Origin: a virus
Taxonomy: Duplodnaviria; Caudoviricetes
Strand: one strand, 5' to 3'
Length of the DNA stretch: 64,000 nucleotides
IMG/VR virus record: IMGVR_UViG_3300042372_000291
Span: 43,732-107,731 of that record
In this document: positions 1-8,625 of the stretch, piece after piece
How positions within the stretch are numbered: the stretch's first letter is position 1
Layout: each line of letters starts with the position of its first letter
Made by a program: the position numbers and the translations under genes
The notes under the pieces: model-generated
Databases searched by the model: none
Told to the model about the DNA's origin: nothing
The model's input: the letters and a program-made list of their open reading frames with translations, nothing else

Positions 1-195
1 CTTGAGAGATTTCTTATACATCTCCATAAAATAATAAACGTTTTCTTTTGTTGGCAAATCCATGTTAAACTCTTTGCCGTTCATGCTAGTTATCTTTAGT
101 TTCATTTGTTTCTTCTTTCTTGTAATGGTCTCGTGGATAATTGTTTATAGTACCGCCTGACTTTAGCCAAGCCCTGCGCCTTTCTAGTTCCTCAC

Positions 196-297
196 TCATA
201 CACACTTGCAAGGGTCTATTCTTGTTTCGTGTTCATCAAATAAAATAATTCCTGTGTCTCCACATGTCTCGCATGTGTGTGCGTACATTGCGCTCAT
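196..297 (-). CDS. Small Cys-rich protein (CETC...CKC)
   Basis: Manual translation; coupled TAAATG junction. Confidence 0.55.
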   Translation of the reverse strand: MSAMYAHTCETCGDTGIILFDEHETRIDPCKCV

Positions 298-471
298 TTA
301 CTTACCCGCTCTCTTAGCAACGATAGCCTCTATCTGTGCTAGTTGTTCTGGTGTAGCGTTGCGAAACGCTTTCACACTTTCTCTAATCCATGGTGACTTA
401 GCCATAGCCTTCTCATGCTCTATTGCATAGCGAGCCTGTTGTTCTTGACGTATTCTGTTTAGTGTATCCAT
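298..471 (-). CDS. Small hypothetical early protein (MDTLNRIRQEQQARY...)
   Basis: Read manually; AGAAAGGT SD upstream; stop abuts the next minus-strand ATG. Confidence 0.7.
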   Translation of the reverse strand: MDTLNRIRQEQQARYAIEHEKAMAKSPWIRESVKAFRNATPEQLAQIEAIVAKRAGK

Positions 472-556
472 TTAATGGGCTACCTTTCTTTAGTTTGTAT
501 AGGACTATCCTATACTAGGGGACTGACAAATTGGGGTCTTATTTGCTTAGGCTCAC

Positions 557-572
557 TGTGATTTGCATCACA
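557..572. promoter_or_regulatory. CRP/GlxR-type box
   Basis: TGTGA-tttgca-TCACA, perfect consensus. Confidence 0.75.
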
Positions 573-675
573 TTTATTTGCTAAGGCTCATACCTTTTTT
601 GTCACTATTTAATTTTGATAGGAGTATCCTAACACATACCCCGCCAAAAGTCAAGTCCTAACACGGCGTGTCGCA

Positions 676-691
676 TGTGATTTAGACCACA
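676..691. promoter_or_regulatory. CRP/GlxR-type box
   Basis: TGTGA-tttaga-CCACA, 1 mismatch. Confidence 0.6.
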
Positions 692-734
692 TAATCTCCC
701 CCCGCAGTCGGGCGTGTCGTTTTGTCGAAAAAAG

Positions 735-759
735 TTATCCACAGGGGTGATGTGGATAA
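735..759. promoter_or_regulatory. Inverted pair of DnaA boxes
   Basis: TTATCCACA 735-743 and TGTGGATAA 751-759. Confidence 0.6.
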
Positions 760-763
760 GTCA

Positions 764-779
764 TGTGACCCTTATCACA
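764..779. promoter_or_regulatory. CRP/GlxR-type box
   Basis: TGTGA-ccctta-TCACA, perfect. Confidence 0.75.
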
Positions 780-874
780 AAAATAGTTTTGCGACACTCC
801 CGAGAAACGGGCTAATTTGTCAGTGGTCTATGTTAGGATACATAGTATAAAGATAAAAAAGAAAGGAGAACCAA

Positions 875-1099
875 ATGTTCTCACTAAAGTATAAAGTAGA
901 GTATAACTCTAATCCTAACTACCCTCTATCAAAAGAGTTTGGTAATGTATCTATAACAGTACCTAGCGAACAATACGCTAATGACTACTTAGACCTAGTA
1001 TCTCAGAAAGGTACTATCCTAGAAGTTTCTCTAACAGAGTTAGAAAACTACACACCTAGCAAGCGCATGGTGTACGCTACTACTAGAAGTTGGGAGTAA
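875..1099 (+). CDS. Hypothetical early protein
   Basis: ORF with GAAAGGAG SD; upstream TG-n-TAGGAT promoter. Confidence 0.8.
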   Translation: MFSLKYKVEYNSNPNYPLSKEFGNVSITVPSEQYANDYLDLVSQKGTILEVSLTELENYTPSKRMVYATTRSWE

Positions 1100-1359
1100 T
1101 CTAATGGATAAAGTTAGAAACCTAGAATTAGAAAACTATCTTGATGAACCTCAAGATGAATTAGCAACAAGGTTAGATAACCTAATCAAGAAAGGAGTGT
1201 ACACTAAATGAAAAAAAATGTACTAATTAGTTTCGTTACTGATGCAGAAACAGATCTGCAAGCAATCTTTGCACTAAACAGAATAATGGAGAAGCTCCCT
1301 GAATCTGATTTAGAAAAGTTTGAAGCATTTGAAGTTTTAGATGCTGTTCAATAAATAAG

Positions 1360-1387
1360 TTTTTGCGGAAATAAAACACCGCAAAAA
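1360..1387. terminator. Intrinsic terminator-like hairpin
   Basis: TTTTTGCGG-N10-CCGCAAAAA after a stop codon. Confidence 0.65.
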
Positions 1388-1399
1388 TTTTCGACAAAA

Positions 1400-1415
1400 T
1401 GTGGGGCAAATCACA
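1400..1415. promoter_or_regulatory. CRP/GlxR-type box
   Basis: TGTGG-ggcaaa-TCACA, 1 mismatch. Confidence 0.55.
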
Positions 1416-1499
1416 ATATCTCATCGGCGTGTCGCCTTGACTTTTTGGGGTTTCTCGTGTAGTATTCTACCTATACAATTAAATAAATAGCAAAAAAGG

Positions 1500-1515
1500 T
1501 GTGACGCAATTCACA
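1500..1515. promoter_or_regulatory. CRP/GlxR-type box
   Basis: TGTGA-cgcaat-TCACA, perfect. Confidence 0.75.
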
Positions 1516-1546
1516 TTCAAAATGTCCTAAATGTCCGAATTTAGAT

Positions 1547-1575
1547 TTGATTTTGTCAGCCAAAAATGCTAGACT
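1547..1575 (+). promoter_or_regulatory. SigA-type early promoter
   Basis: TTGATT-17 bp-TAGACT with extended -10 TG. Confidence 0.7.
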
Positions 1576-1609
1576 TACAGAGTAACAAACTAAAGAAAGG
1601 TGACAACTA

Positions 1610-1810
1610 ATGTCAGCAAACATCTACACAATAGAAAGCCTACTCGTAGGAAAAACTTATCGCTCAAAAACCTTAACGGGTGAAATTGTTTCAGCAGAAA
1701 AACACCCTTCCCCTGTATGGTATGAGAACGCAGAGGCGTATCTCGTAGAGGTTAGAAATCAAAATGGCGGTTATGCTTATCGCACTCTCGCAGTATCAAC
1801 AGAAAACTAA
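1610..1810 (+). CDS. Small beta-rich (SH3-like) hypothetical protein
   Basis: SD GAAAGGTG; resembles 4994..5158 and 5766..5933. Confidence 0.75.
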   Translation: MSANIYTIESLLVGKTYRSKTLTGEIVSAEKHPSPVWYENAEAYLVEVRNQNGGYAYRTLAVSTEN

Positions 1811-1970
1811 GAAAGGAAAACTAAATGACACTAGAGGAATTTAGACAGTATCAACAAGCCCAATACGCAAAACAGCGTGAGGCTAATAAAGAAAAAATCA
1901 ACGCTATGTTTCATAGTAACTCTCGCCCATTAAATAATTCACACCTACTAAAGAAAGCAGAAAACTAAAA

Positions 1971-2228
1971 ATGACTAACACTACTTACACAGACTTCCCA
2001 TTCACCGCTAAGGGAATCAACTTTGTTTCAAGAGTTTATTCTAACTCTCCATTCCTTTCACGCATTCAGCAATTGCCAGCAGGCGTATTTGAAAGCATGA
2101 ACATTGACGCAGTTTCAGATTTGCTAACTATTGAAAAAGAATACACCCTAGATGAGGTTCAAGCAGAACTAGACCGAGTCAATGCAGGCGGAAGCCATGC
2201 GTTTATTTTGTTAGGAGAAAACAACTAA
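1971..2228 (+). CDS. Hypothetical protein
   Basis: ORF with phage-like codon usage. Confidence 0.75.
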   Translation: MTNTTYTDFPFTAKGINFVSRVYSNSPFLSRIQQLPAGVFESMNIDAVSDLLTIEKEYTLDEVQAELDRVNAGGSHAFILLGENN

Positions 2229-2419
2229 TGATGACACGAAAAGACTATGTAAAAACTTCAAACATTCTAAAGGGTTTTTCTGATGAAATTCATCCAGCAG
2301 TTTTTGAGGATTTGGTTGAGGAGTTTTGTCAATACTTTGCAAGCGATAATGAAAACTTTGATAAAGTAAGATTTGAAAAGGCTTGCGGTGTTGATGAGTT
2401 AGGATTGATGCTAGCATGA
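2228..2419 (+). CDS. Hypothetical phage protein (MTRKDY...F..DN.NFD..RF..AC type)
   Basis: SD AGGAG; motif typical of small phage proteins. Confidence 0.75.
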   Translation: MMTRKDYVKTSNILKGFSDEIHPAVFEDLVEEFCQYFASDNENFDKVRFEKACGVDELGLMLA

Positions 2420-2518
2420 ATAGATTTATAACTTCCCTTGTTCAAATTCTTTTGTGGTTTCCAGTTATTCTTATTTTAGTATTTGCATACAGAGAACGCA
2501 AAAAGCAAAAGTAAAAAA

Positions 2519-2547
2519 AGATCCTAAGCATGATTTAAAACTGCTTG
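2519..2547 (+). ncRNA. Repeated H-type pseudoknot, copy 1
   Basis: AGATC-ctaagcat-GATTT-aaaac-TGCTTG. Confidence 0.7.
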
Positions 2548-2602
2548 AAGCTTCAACTAAAATTTTCGACCCCCGCAGTCGGGCGTGTCGCTTTACGTAC
2601 GA

Positions 2603-2618
2603 TGTGATTTTTACCACA
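2603..2618. promoter_or_regulatory. CRP/GlxR-type box
   Basis: TGTGA-ttttta-CCACA, 1 mismatch. Confidence 0.6.
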
Positions 2619-2914
2619 ATTTTGAGCGGCGTGTCGTTTTGATTTTGTCGGTGATAAATGATAGGATTACAGAGTAATTAAATGAAAGGAAAACTAATGA
2701 GTGAGTTTATTTTAATTAAGTCAGTATGCGGAGAAAAGGGTTCTTTCGTAGATGTCTATGATTTAGACCTTAACCCTCATGGAGTTGTTTGTTGTGATAA
2801 TTGTCGCAGCATTGTGGCTACTCGTGAAAATTGGTTTGCCGAACACGGCGTGTCGGTTTGATTTTGTCAGACCACTATGGTAAGTTTGCAGTATTGAAAG
2901 AAAGGAAATGAAAA

Positions 2915-3115
2915 ATGGATAGAATAGAATACGCAGTAGAAAGAATTCACAATTGTGATGAGTGTGGAGGAACGGGCTCTCAGTTTTGGGCTAATGGTGA
3001 AGACTATGACTTTGAGACTTGTGAGGAGTGTAATCCTCACGAACTAATCTTTGACTATGATGGAAATGTAGTTTGGGATAACGGAACGCTATTTACAACA
3101 CAGGAGGCTAACTAA
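2915..3115 (+). CDS. Small Cys-rich (Zn-ribbon-like) protein
   Basis: CDECGG...CEECNP; SD GAAAGGA. Confidence 0.75.
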   Translation: MDRIEYAVERIHNCDECGGTGSQFWANGEDYDFETCEECNPHELIFDYDGNVVWDNGTLFTTQEAN

Positions 3116-3116
3116 A

Positions 3117-3410
3117 ATGGGAAGTAATTTTGCTAATGATTTAGTTACGCTTGGAGATTTGGGTATTGTCTTAGACATTGAAAGTCAGATAGGTATGCAC
3201 CTTCAGGCTAATCATTATCCACCTGTTCCCAAGTCTATGGTCAAGCCTTGTGTTGAGGCTATTGATGCAGTAAATGATTTAGGACTATGGAATTTGGACA
3301 TTGAGTTGCCTGAAGGTATCTCATGGCGTGGTTTGACTACCGCCCCCGCTTCGGCTATTATTGAAGCACACCACTTAGACGCTTGGATTATTGAACGAGA
3401 GGAATACTAA
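3117..3410 (+). CDS. Hypothetical phage protein (HLQANHYPPVP motif)
   Basis: ORF with SD. Confidence 0.8.
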   Translation: MGSNFANDLVTLGDLGIVLDIESQIGMHLQANHYPPVPKSMVKPCVEAIDAVNDLGLWNLDIELPEGISWRGLTTAPASAIIEAHHLDAWIIEREEY

Positions 3411-3411
3411 A

Positions 3412-3621
3412 ATGGAATACACTTACTCACTTACTACCTCGTATGACGGGGAACTAGTAAACACCTTGCGAGTATCAGACATGATGGAAGCAGTAGACGC
3501 ATGGAATAAATGCGTAGACTATGGAAATGCTAAAGACTATGCTACTTATAACCTATCAGACCCAACAGGTAAAATGTATACAAAAACTTTCTATGCCAAT
3601 GGCGAAGTAGTTATAAAATAG
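3412..3621 (+). CDS. Hypothetical protein
   Basis: Start moved to ATG 3412 after GAGGA SD. Confidence 0.75.
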   Translation: MEYTYSLTTSYDGELVNTLRVSDMMEAVDAWNKCVDYGNAKDYATYNLSDPTGKMYTKTFYANGEVVIK

Positions 3622-3628
3622 GTATACA

Positions 3629-3841
3629 ATGAAAACTATGGATTATCGCATGGTTGATGTTCTCAACGCAGACCAATTAGAAGTAAATGATCTAATTGGT
3701 GTTGCGGATGAGATTGTAAAAGTTATTTCAATTGCCCCGCTTTCTGATGGGTTTTCACTTGTAATTGAAAATGAATTTGGTGAAAAAGATTTAATTGAAA
3801 TTCTTGATGATGAACAATTTGAGTTATTTATTTTAGAATAA
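3629..3841 (+). CDS. Hypothetical protein
   Basis: ORF in operon. Confidence 0.7.
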   Translation: MKTMDYRMVDVLNADQLEVNDLIGVADEIVKVISIAPLSDGFSLVIENEFGEKDLIEILDDEQFELFILE

Positions 3842-4076
3842 AAGCTGCAAAAAATTTCGAGGGGCCCGAAATGTCCGAATTGCCCCTTTACGTCCGATTT
3901 GATTTTTTCCCCTATTTCTGATAAGATTATTCTATGTTTAAGAAATCTAGTGAACAATTACGTCATCTGCAGGAGCTACGCAGATCTAATGCCGCTACCC
4001 CTTTACGTAACAAGAAAAAATACACTAGACAAAGTAACAAAAAAATGTTAGACTTAGAAAGTAAAGAGAGGCCCCA

Positions 4077-4796
4077 ATGAAATTAAAACGCTCTAATGAT
4101 AGGAAAGTTACTAATGCTGTATCACCAAATGGAAAAACACCAACAATCGCCAACACTTTTGGATTACCTAGCGGCAAGGCTTACTCATGTCCTGGTGAGA
4201 CCTCTGTATGCGCTAAAGTATGCTACGCAGGAAAGCTTGAAAAAGTCTACAAAGGTGTAAGAGATACACTATTACACAATTGGAATTTATTAAAAGACGC
4301 AGACCATGACACAATGGAAGCATTACTTACAGACATGATTAATGATTTCAAGAAAGACTGTGAAAAACGAGAAGCCCCAATGTTATTTAGAATTCACTGG
4401 GATGGCGATTTCTTTAGTGACGAGTACGCATTCGCATGGAAGCATGTTATCTTAAATAATCCTGATGTTCAATTCTGGGTTTATACACGAGTAGCCTCTG
4501 CTGCCAATATGTTAAAAGATATAGATAACCTATCTCTCTATTTCTCAACAGATAGTGAGAATAAAGAAGTTGCTATTAGTCTTAATAAAGATAAGGGAAT
4601 TCGTTTAGCATACCTTGCCGATACCTTCGCAATTGGGCAGGCAGATCTAAAGGCAATGATAGGCAAGCCTGGCGCTAAGTGCCCTGAAAATAAAAAAGCA
4701 ATTCCGTTAATTGACAAAGAGGGCTCTGCCTGTGTAAAATGTTCTCTGTGTGTCTATAATAAGGCGGACATAGTATTCTCTGCTAAAAAGCGGTAG
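4077..4796 (+). CDS. GP88-like protein (radical-SAM-related, Cys-rich)
   Basis: CPG..SVCAKVCYA and FRIHWDGDF motifs. Confidence 0.75.
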   Translation: MKLKRSNDRKVTNAVSPNGKTPTIANTFGLPSGKAYSCPGETSVCAKVCYAGKLEKVYKGVRDTLLHNWNLLKDADHDTMEALLTDMINDFKKDCEKREAPMLFRIHWDGDFFSDEYAFAWKHVILNNPDVQFWVYTRVASAANMLKDIDNLSLYFSTDSENKEVAISLNKDKGIRLAYLADTFAIGQADLKAMIGKPGAKCPENKKAIPLIDKEGSACVKCSLCVYNKADIVFSAKKR

Positions 4797-4880
4797 AGAT
4801 AAACAGAAAGGCAAAACTAGTGGAACTAATAATCCTATTAGGCATAGCCCTGCTAGCAACACTAATAATGGCTGGGGGGA

Positions 4881-4896
4881 AGTGATTTACCTCACA
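4881..4896. promoter_or_regulatory. CRP/GlxR-type box
   Basis: AGTGA-tttacc-TCACA upstream of TTGACA at 4931. Confidence 0.55.
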
Positions 4897-4993
4897 AATC
4901 TCAAATAATGAGATTTTTAGGGAAAATAACTTGACAAAGCCAAAAATAAATGAAATAATAAATACCATAACCAACAACAAAGGAGAAATACAA

Positions 4994-5158
4994 ATGACAG
5001 TATCAGTATCAACTTACAAGGTCGGCGACACTTACACTTCACAGAAGTCAAAGGTCACAGGCGTTATCAAGGAAATCGTACCAACAGACAAGAACACAGT
5101 TCGTGTCAAACTTGATGTAGAAGGTCAGACACGCTGGACAACTTGGAAAGCAAACTAA
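4994..5158 (+). CDS. Small SH3-like protein
   Basis: AAGGAG SD before ATG 4994; paralog of 5766..5933. Confidence 0.75.
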   Translation: MTVSVSTYKVGDTYTSQKSKVTGVIKEIVPTDKNTVRVKLDVEGQTRWTTWKAN

Positions 5159-5179
5159 TTCCTAACAAAAAACAGGAAA

Positions 5180-5209
5180 AGTCCTGAGCATGACTACTAA
5201 AACTGCTCA
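5180..5209 (+). ncRNA. Repeated H-type pseudoknot, copy 2
   Basis: AGTC-ctgagcat-GACT-actaaaac-TGCTCA. Confidence 0.75.
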
Positions 5210-5281
5210 ATTTGATTTCTTATCTAATAAATGTTAGACTAGATACCCCCAACAAAACACCAACAGAAAGGTAATACATAA

Positions 5282-5704
5282 ATGGCACGACAGAAAGCAA
5301 TTAGCGTAAAAATCGCAACACCAAAGGTAATCAAGGCACTAGAAACTCGTCTAGCAGAACTAGAAAAGAACTATGCCTCACAAGAAGCCAACGAAGCAAA
5401 GCATGAAAAGGCTATGGAGAAGTGGCGCAAGGAAGTAGCAAAGTTCGCTATGGCTAATTTTGCTAAGGCAGAAAACTTCCGCACAAACTATCGCTCATGG
5501 AACAAGACACTCAATGTTGATTTTGATTTAACAGTTAGTGAAACAGACTTTCCTAAAGAGCCTGAGAAGGACTACGAAGTTCTACACCGCCACTCATACA
5601 ATGAGATGAAAGAGGAGTTATCTAACGCTATCCGTATTCTCAAGATGACAGATGAGGAAGTAGTTTCTACTTCTACTTACAACGCTATCGCCCGATACTT
5701 GTAA
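5282..5704 (+). CDS. Hypothetical coiled-coil protein
   Basis: Strong SD and promoter upstream. Confidence 0.85.
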   Translation: MARQKAISVKIATPKVIKALETRLAELEKNYASQEANEAKHEKAMEKWRKEVAKFAMANFAKAENFRTNYRSWNKTLNVDFDLTVSETDFPKEPEKDYEVLHRHSYNEMKEELSNAIRILKMTDEEVVSTSTYNAIARYL

Positions 5705-5710
5705 AATTAC

Positions 5711-5738
5711 TTTCCTGAGCATGAAATAAAACTGCTCA
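5711..5738 (+). ncRNA. Repeated H-type pseudoknot, copy 3
   Basis: TTTC-ctgagcat-GAAA-taaaac-TGCTCA. Confidence 0.75.
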
Positions 5739-5765
5739 ACACCCCAACTAAGAAAGGAAAATAAA

Positions 5766-5933
5766 ATGACACTAGGCGGATACACTTACCAAATTGGTGA
5801 TTTATTTACAACAAGCAAGACAGGCGTTACAGGACGAATTGAAAAGTTTGTTCCACAAAGTAAAAATGTAACTCGTGTAATGTTGCGCTTAGCAAACGGA
5901 CAACAGCGTTTTGCTATGGTAAAAACCTACTAA
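5766..5933 (+). CDS. Small SH3-like protein (MTLGGYTYQIGDLFTTSKTGVTG...)
   Basis: Manual translation, 55 aa, GAAAGGA SD. Confidence 0.75.
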   Translation: MTLGGYTYQIGDLFTTSKTGVTGRIEKFVPQSKNVTRVMLRLANGQQRFAMVKTY

Positions 5934-5938
5934 TAAAA

Positions 5939-5967
5939 TTATCCTGAGCATGATAAAAAACTGCTCA
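5939..5967 (+). ncRNA. Repeated H-type pseudoknot, copy 4
   Basis: TTATC-ctgagcat-GATAA-aaaac-TGCTCA. Confidence 0.75.
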
Positions 5968-5984
5968 AAAAATTTTCGAGAAAA

Positions 5985-6000
5985 TGTGACCAAGATCACA
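5985..6000. promoter_or_regulatory. CRP/GlxR-type box
   Basis: TGTGA-ccaaga-TCACA, perfect; promoter TTGTAT-17-TAGACT at 6020-6048. Confidence 0.75.
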
Positions 6001-6078
6001 CAGCAGCTTTACGGGGGATTTGTATTTTTTCCATATTTCTGCTAGACTTGGTATATACCCAAAGAAAGGATGCCCCTA

Positions 6079-6342
6079 ATGATATCAACCGCATTAGCAA
6101 TACAAGACGCAACAAAAGAAGCAATTCACGACGAGGATGTTATGGACATGGCTCGCTCTATTTATCTAAGCAGACATGAAGTTTCTGAGGATGAGTTTAT
6201 CAGAATGATGTACATTTATTCTGCTCATTTGTCTGCTATGACTGCTACTCTAGTTACTCATGCTTGCTTGACTGAAAGCCAACTAAATGATATGCTAGAA
6301 ACAATAAAAGAAATGGAAGCCCTAGGAAAGGATATAGAATAA
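6079..6342 (+). CDS. Hypothetical protein
   Basis: SD spacing favours ATG 6079. Confidence 0.75.
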   Translation: MISTALAIQDATKEAIHDEDVMDMARSIYLSRHEVSEDEFIRMMYIYSAHLSAMTATLVTHACLTESQLNDMLETIKEMEALGKDIE

Positions 6343-6752
6343 TGGAAGAAACAAATACACACTACATGACACGAGAGTTTCTTGAAACTACCCTTGTACA
6401 AAACAAGGAGCGCATTCAGCAACTTGAAGAGCACATACAGACAGTAACTCAGCGCTCATATGGTGAGGCTGCAGAGCGTAACCGTATGCGTAATGAAATG
6501 CAAGAATGGACCTTAGAAAACTTAAGCGACGGTACCATTTCAGAAGGTTCTGCAGAAGAGATTGCAAGCATTTGCGGTTTTGAGTTAACAAATGAATTTG
6601 AATTAGAGGTTACAGTTCAATATTCAGTTACAGTTAATGCTCGTGATGAAGAATCAGCAATTAATTTAATTCATGATATTGATTTTGATTCAGTGTCATA
6701 TCCTGAAGGTGTTACATATCTATCATCCACTGTTGACAGAATAGATTTGTGA
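6342..6752 (+). CDS. Hypothetical acidic protein
   Basis: Coupled TAATG junction. Confidence 0.8.
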   Translation: MEETNTHYMTREFLETTLVQNKERIQQLEEHIQTVTQRSYGEAAERNRMRNEMQEWTLENLSDGTISEGSAEEIASICGFELTNEFELEVTVQYSVTVNARDEESAINLIHDIDFDSVSYPEGVTYLSSTVDRIDL

Positions 6753-6765
6753 TAGGGGGCTATCC

Positions 6766-6795
6766 AAGGACCTGAGCACGTCTTTAAACTGCTTT
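6766..6795 (+). ncRNA. Repeated H-type pseudoknot, copy 5
   Basis: AAGGAC-ctgagcac-GTCTTT-aaac-TGCTT. Confidence 0.7.
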
Positions 6796-6865
6796 CGCCA
6801 GGCTGATTAGGGCGATCATAGAAATACTATAGAGCTAGTTCATTGGGGGACTAAAAGAACCCATA

Positions 6866-6893
6866 CTACCTGAGCATGTAGGAAAAAGGCTCA
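6866..6893 (+). ncRNA. Repeated H-type pseudoknot, copy 6
   Basis: CTAC-ctgagcat-GTAG-gaaaaa-gGCTCA. Confidence 0.7.
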
Positions 6894-6910
6894 AAAAATT
6901 TTCGACCCGC

Positions 6911-6926
6911 TGTGATTTTGATCACA
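6911..6926. promoter_or_regulatory. CRP/GlxR-type box
   Basis: TGTGA-ttttga-TCACA, perfect. Confidence 0.75.
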
Positions 6927-7027
6927 TTTACGATGGTGTCCGATTTTTCCCAATTTCTAATAACCCTATTTGACTTTGTCAGTCCTGTCTGCTAAGATTG
7001 ATTCATATCAAGAAAGGATATTAATAA

Positions 7028-8044
7028 ATGGCACATGAACTAGAAACCCAAAATGGCGTTGCCTCATTCGCATCATTCCGTGAACCTGCTTGGCATGGTT
7101 TAGGAACTGTATTCACAGAAGAAAAAACAACAACAGAAATGTTGTCTGCTGCTAATCTATCTAATTGGAATGTTCGTCTTGAAGACGTAAATATTCCATC
7201 TCACTTATCATCAGATAAGAATTACCAATATGTTGTTCGTACTAATCCTACTGACAATTCCCAGACAGACATTTTAGGTGTTGTCGGTGAGCGTTACCAT
7301 GTTTTGCAGAATGAGGATTTATTCTCATTTGGTGATAACATTCTTGACGGTGGAGGTCGTTGGGAAACTGCTGGCTCTATTCGTGGAGGTCGTGTAGTAT
7401 TTGGTTCTCTTGCTCTTGAACGTGAGACAGTACTAGACCCTAGCGGTGTTGCAGATAAGGTAAAAACTTATTTGCTCATTAACACATCACATGATGGCTC
7501 AATCGCTATTCAAGCAAGCATTACACCTGTTCGTGTAGTGTGCGCTAACACTCTCAATCTTGCTTTAGGCTCTAAGCGTGGCAAGAACGCTATCAAGCAA
7601 TCTTTCAAAATCCGTCATACTCAGACGGCTAATGGTAAGGTTCAAATTGCTCGTGAGACTTTAGGTCTTGCTAATAAATACATGGACGCTTTTGATGTTA
7701 TGGCTAAGGCTATGATTGAAAAAGAAATCACCGCTGGTCAATTCAATGACATTATTCTTGCTGCTTACCCTAAGCCTGAAAAAGATGCTAAGGGCGCAAT
7801 CAAGAAGTGGGAAAACAAGGTTGATGTTATCAATGACATTTACACAGGCGAATTCAATGGTATGATTGCTAATACCGCTTGGGGTGCTTTCAATGCTCTA
7901 ACTGAACGCCTTGATTGGCACCGCTCTGCTCGTGGTGGGAATAACGAAAGTATTCTTGCTGCTGCTTCTGGTTTTGATGCTACAATTACAGCAGAAAAAA
8001 ATCGTTTGCTAAAAGTTGTAAAAGATGTTTTAGCGATAGCGTAA
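7028..8044 (+). CDS. DUF932 / TIGR03299 phage-plasmid family protein
   Basis: REPAWHGLG, ETAGS..GGR, LLINTSHDGS, TPVRVVCANTL motifs. Confidence 0.85.
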   Translation: MAHELETQNGVASFASFREPAWHGLGTVFTEEKTTTEMLSAANLSNWNVRLEDVNIPSHLSSDKNYQYVVRTNPTDNSQTDILGVVGERYHVLQNEDLFSFGDNILDGGGRWETAGSIRGGRVVFGSLALERETVLDPSGVADKVKTYLLINTSHDGSIAIQASITPVRVVCANTLNLALGSKRGKNAIKQSFKIRHTQTANGKVQIARETLGLANKYMDAFDVMAKAMIEKEITAGQFNDIILAAYPKPEKDAKGAIKKWENKVDVINDIYTGEFNGMIANTAWGAFNALTERLDWHRSARGGNNESILAAASGFDATITAEKNRLLKVVKDVLAIA

Positions 8045-8055
8045 ATAAATACGCA

Positions 8056-8083
8056 ACTCCTGAGTAAGAGTATAAACTGCTCA
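8056..8083 (+). ncRNA. Repeated H-type pseudoknot, copy 7
   Basis: ACTC-ctgagtaa-GAGT-ataaac-TGCTCA followed by a T-tract. Confidence 0.75.
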
Positions 8084-8215
8084 CTTTTTTATTTAGATCA
8101 AAAGCTGCTAAAAAAATTCGAAACCATGATATTTTTTTATATTGTTTAATTACGAACGACTTGCTTTTTTCCCCAGTTTTTGGTATTCTTTATTTACCAC
8201 AGAAAGGAAAAATAA

Positions 8216-8449
8216 ATGTCTAGTTTTCTAGAAAATGAAAATCAAATGGTTATTGATGCTATCTATCATGAGATTGGAGAAATGCTAGTTGAAGACTGGG
8301 TTAACTCCAATTTAGATGAAGGGCAGATGTTTGCAGATTTTAGATTTGCAGAGATGTCTGATGATAATTACATTAAGGGTAGATTTAATCTATTCTATGA
8401 TTTAAAACCAGGGGACCAATACTATCTAGAATGGGATGAGGAAGCATAA
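8216..8449 (+). CDS. Hypothetical acidic protein
   Basis: GAAAGGA SD. Confidence 0.75.
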   Translation: MSSFLENENQMVIDAIYHEIGEMLVEDWVNSNLDEGQMFADFRFAEMSDDNYIKGRFNLFYDLKPGDQYYLEWDEEA

Positions 8450-8625
8450 TGTTGGGTTATGACTTAGAGGATTTAAACATAATGATGGATTCACTAGCAG
8501 AGGTTATTCAGATTGAAGAATCTTCTCAAACCCCGTCAATTTCTGATAGGAATCTAGGAGGACTTAAAACAAGCTTGTTTTTCTTACAAGGCTTGTGGGC
8601 AGAAGGGTATTTTGACTGAGGGGCA

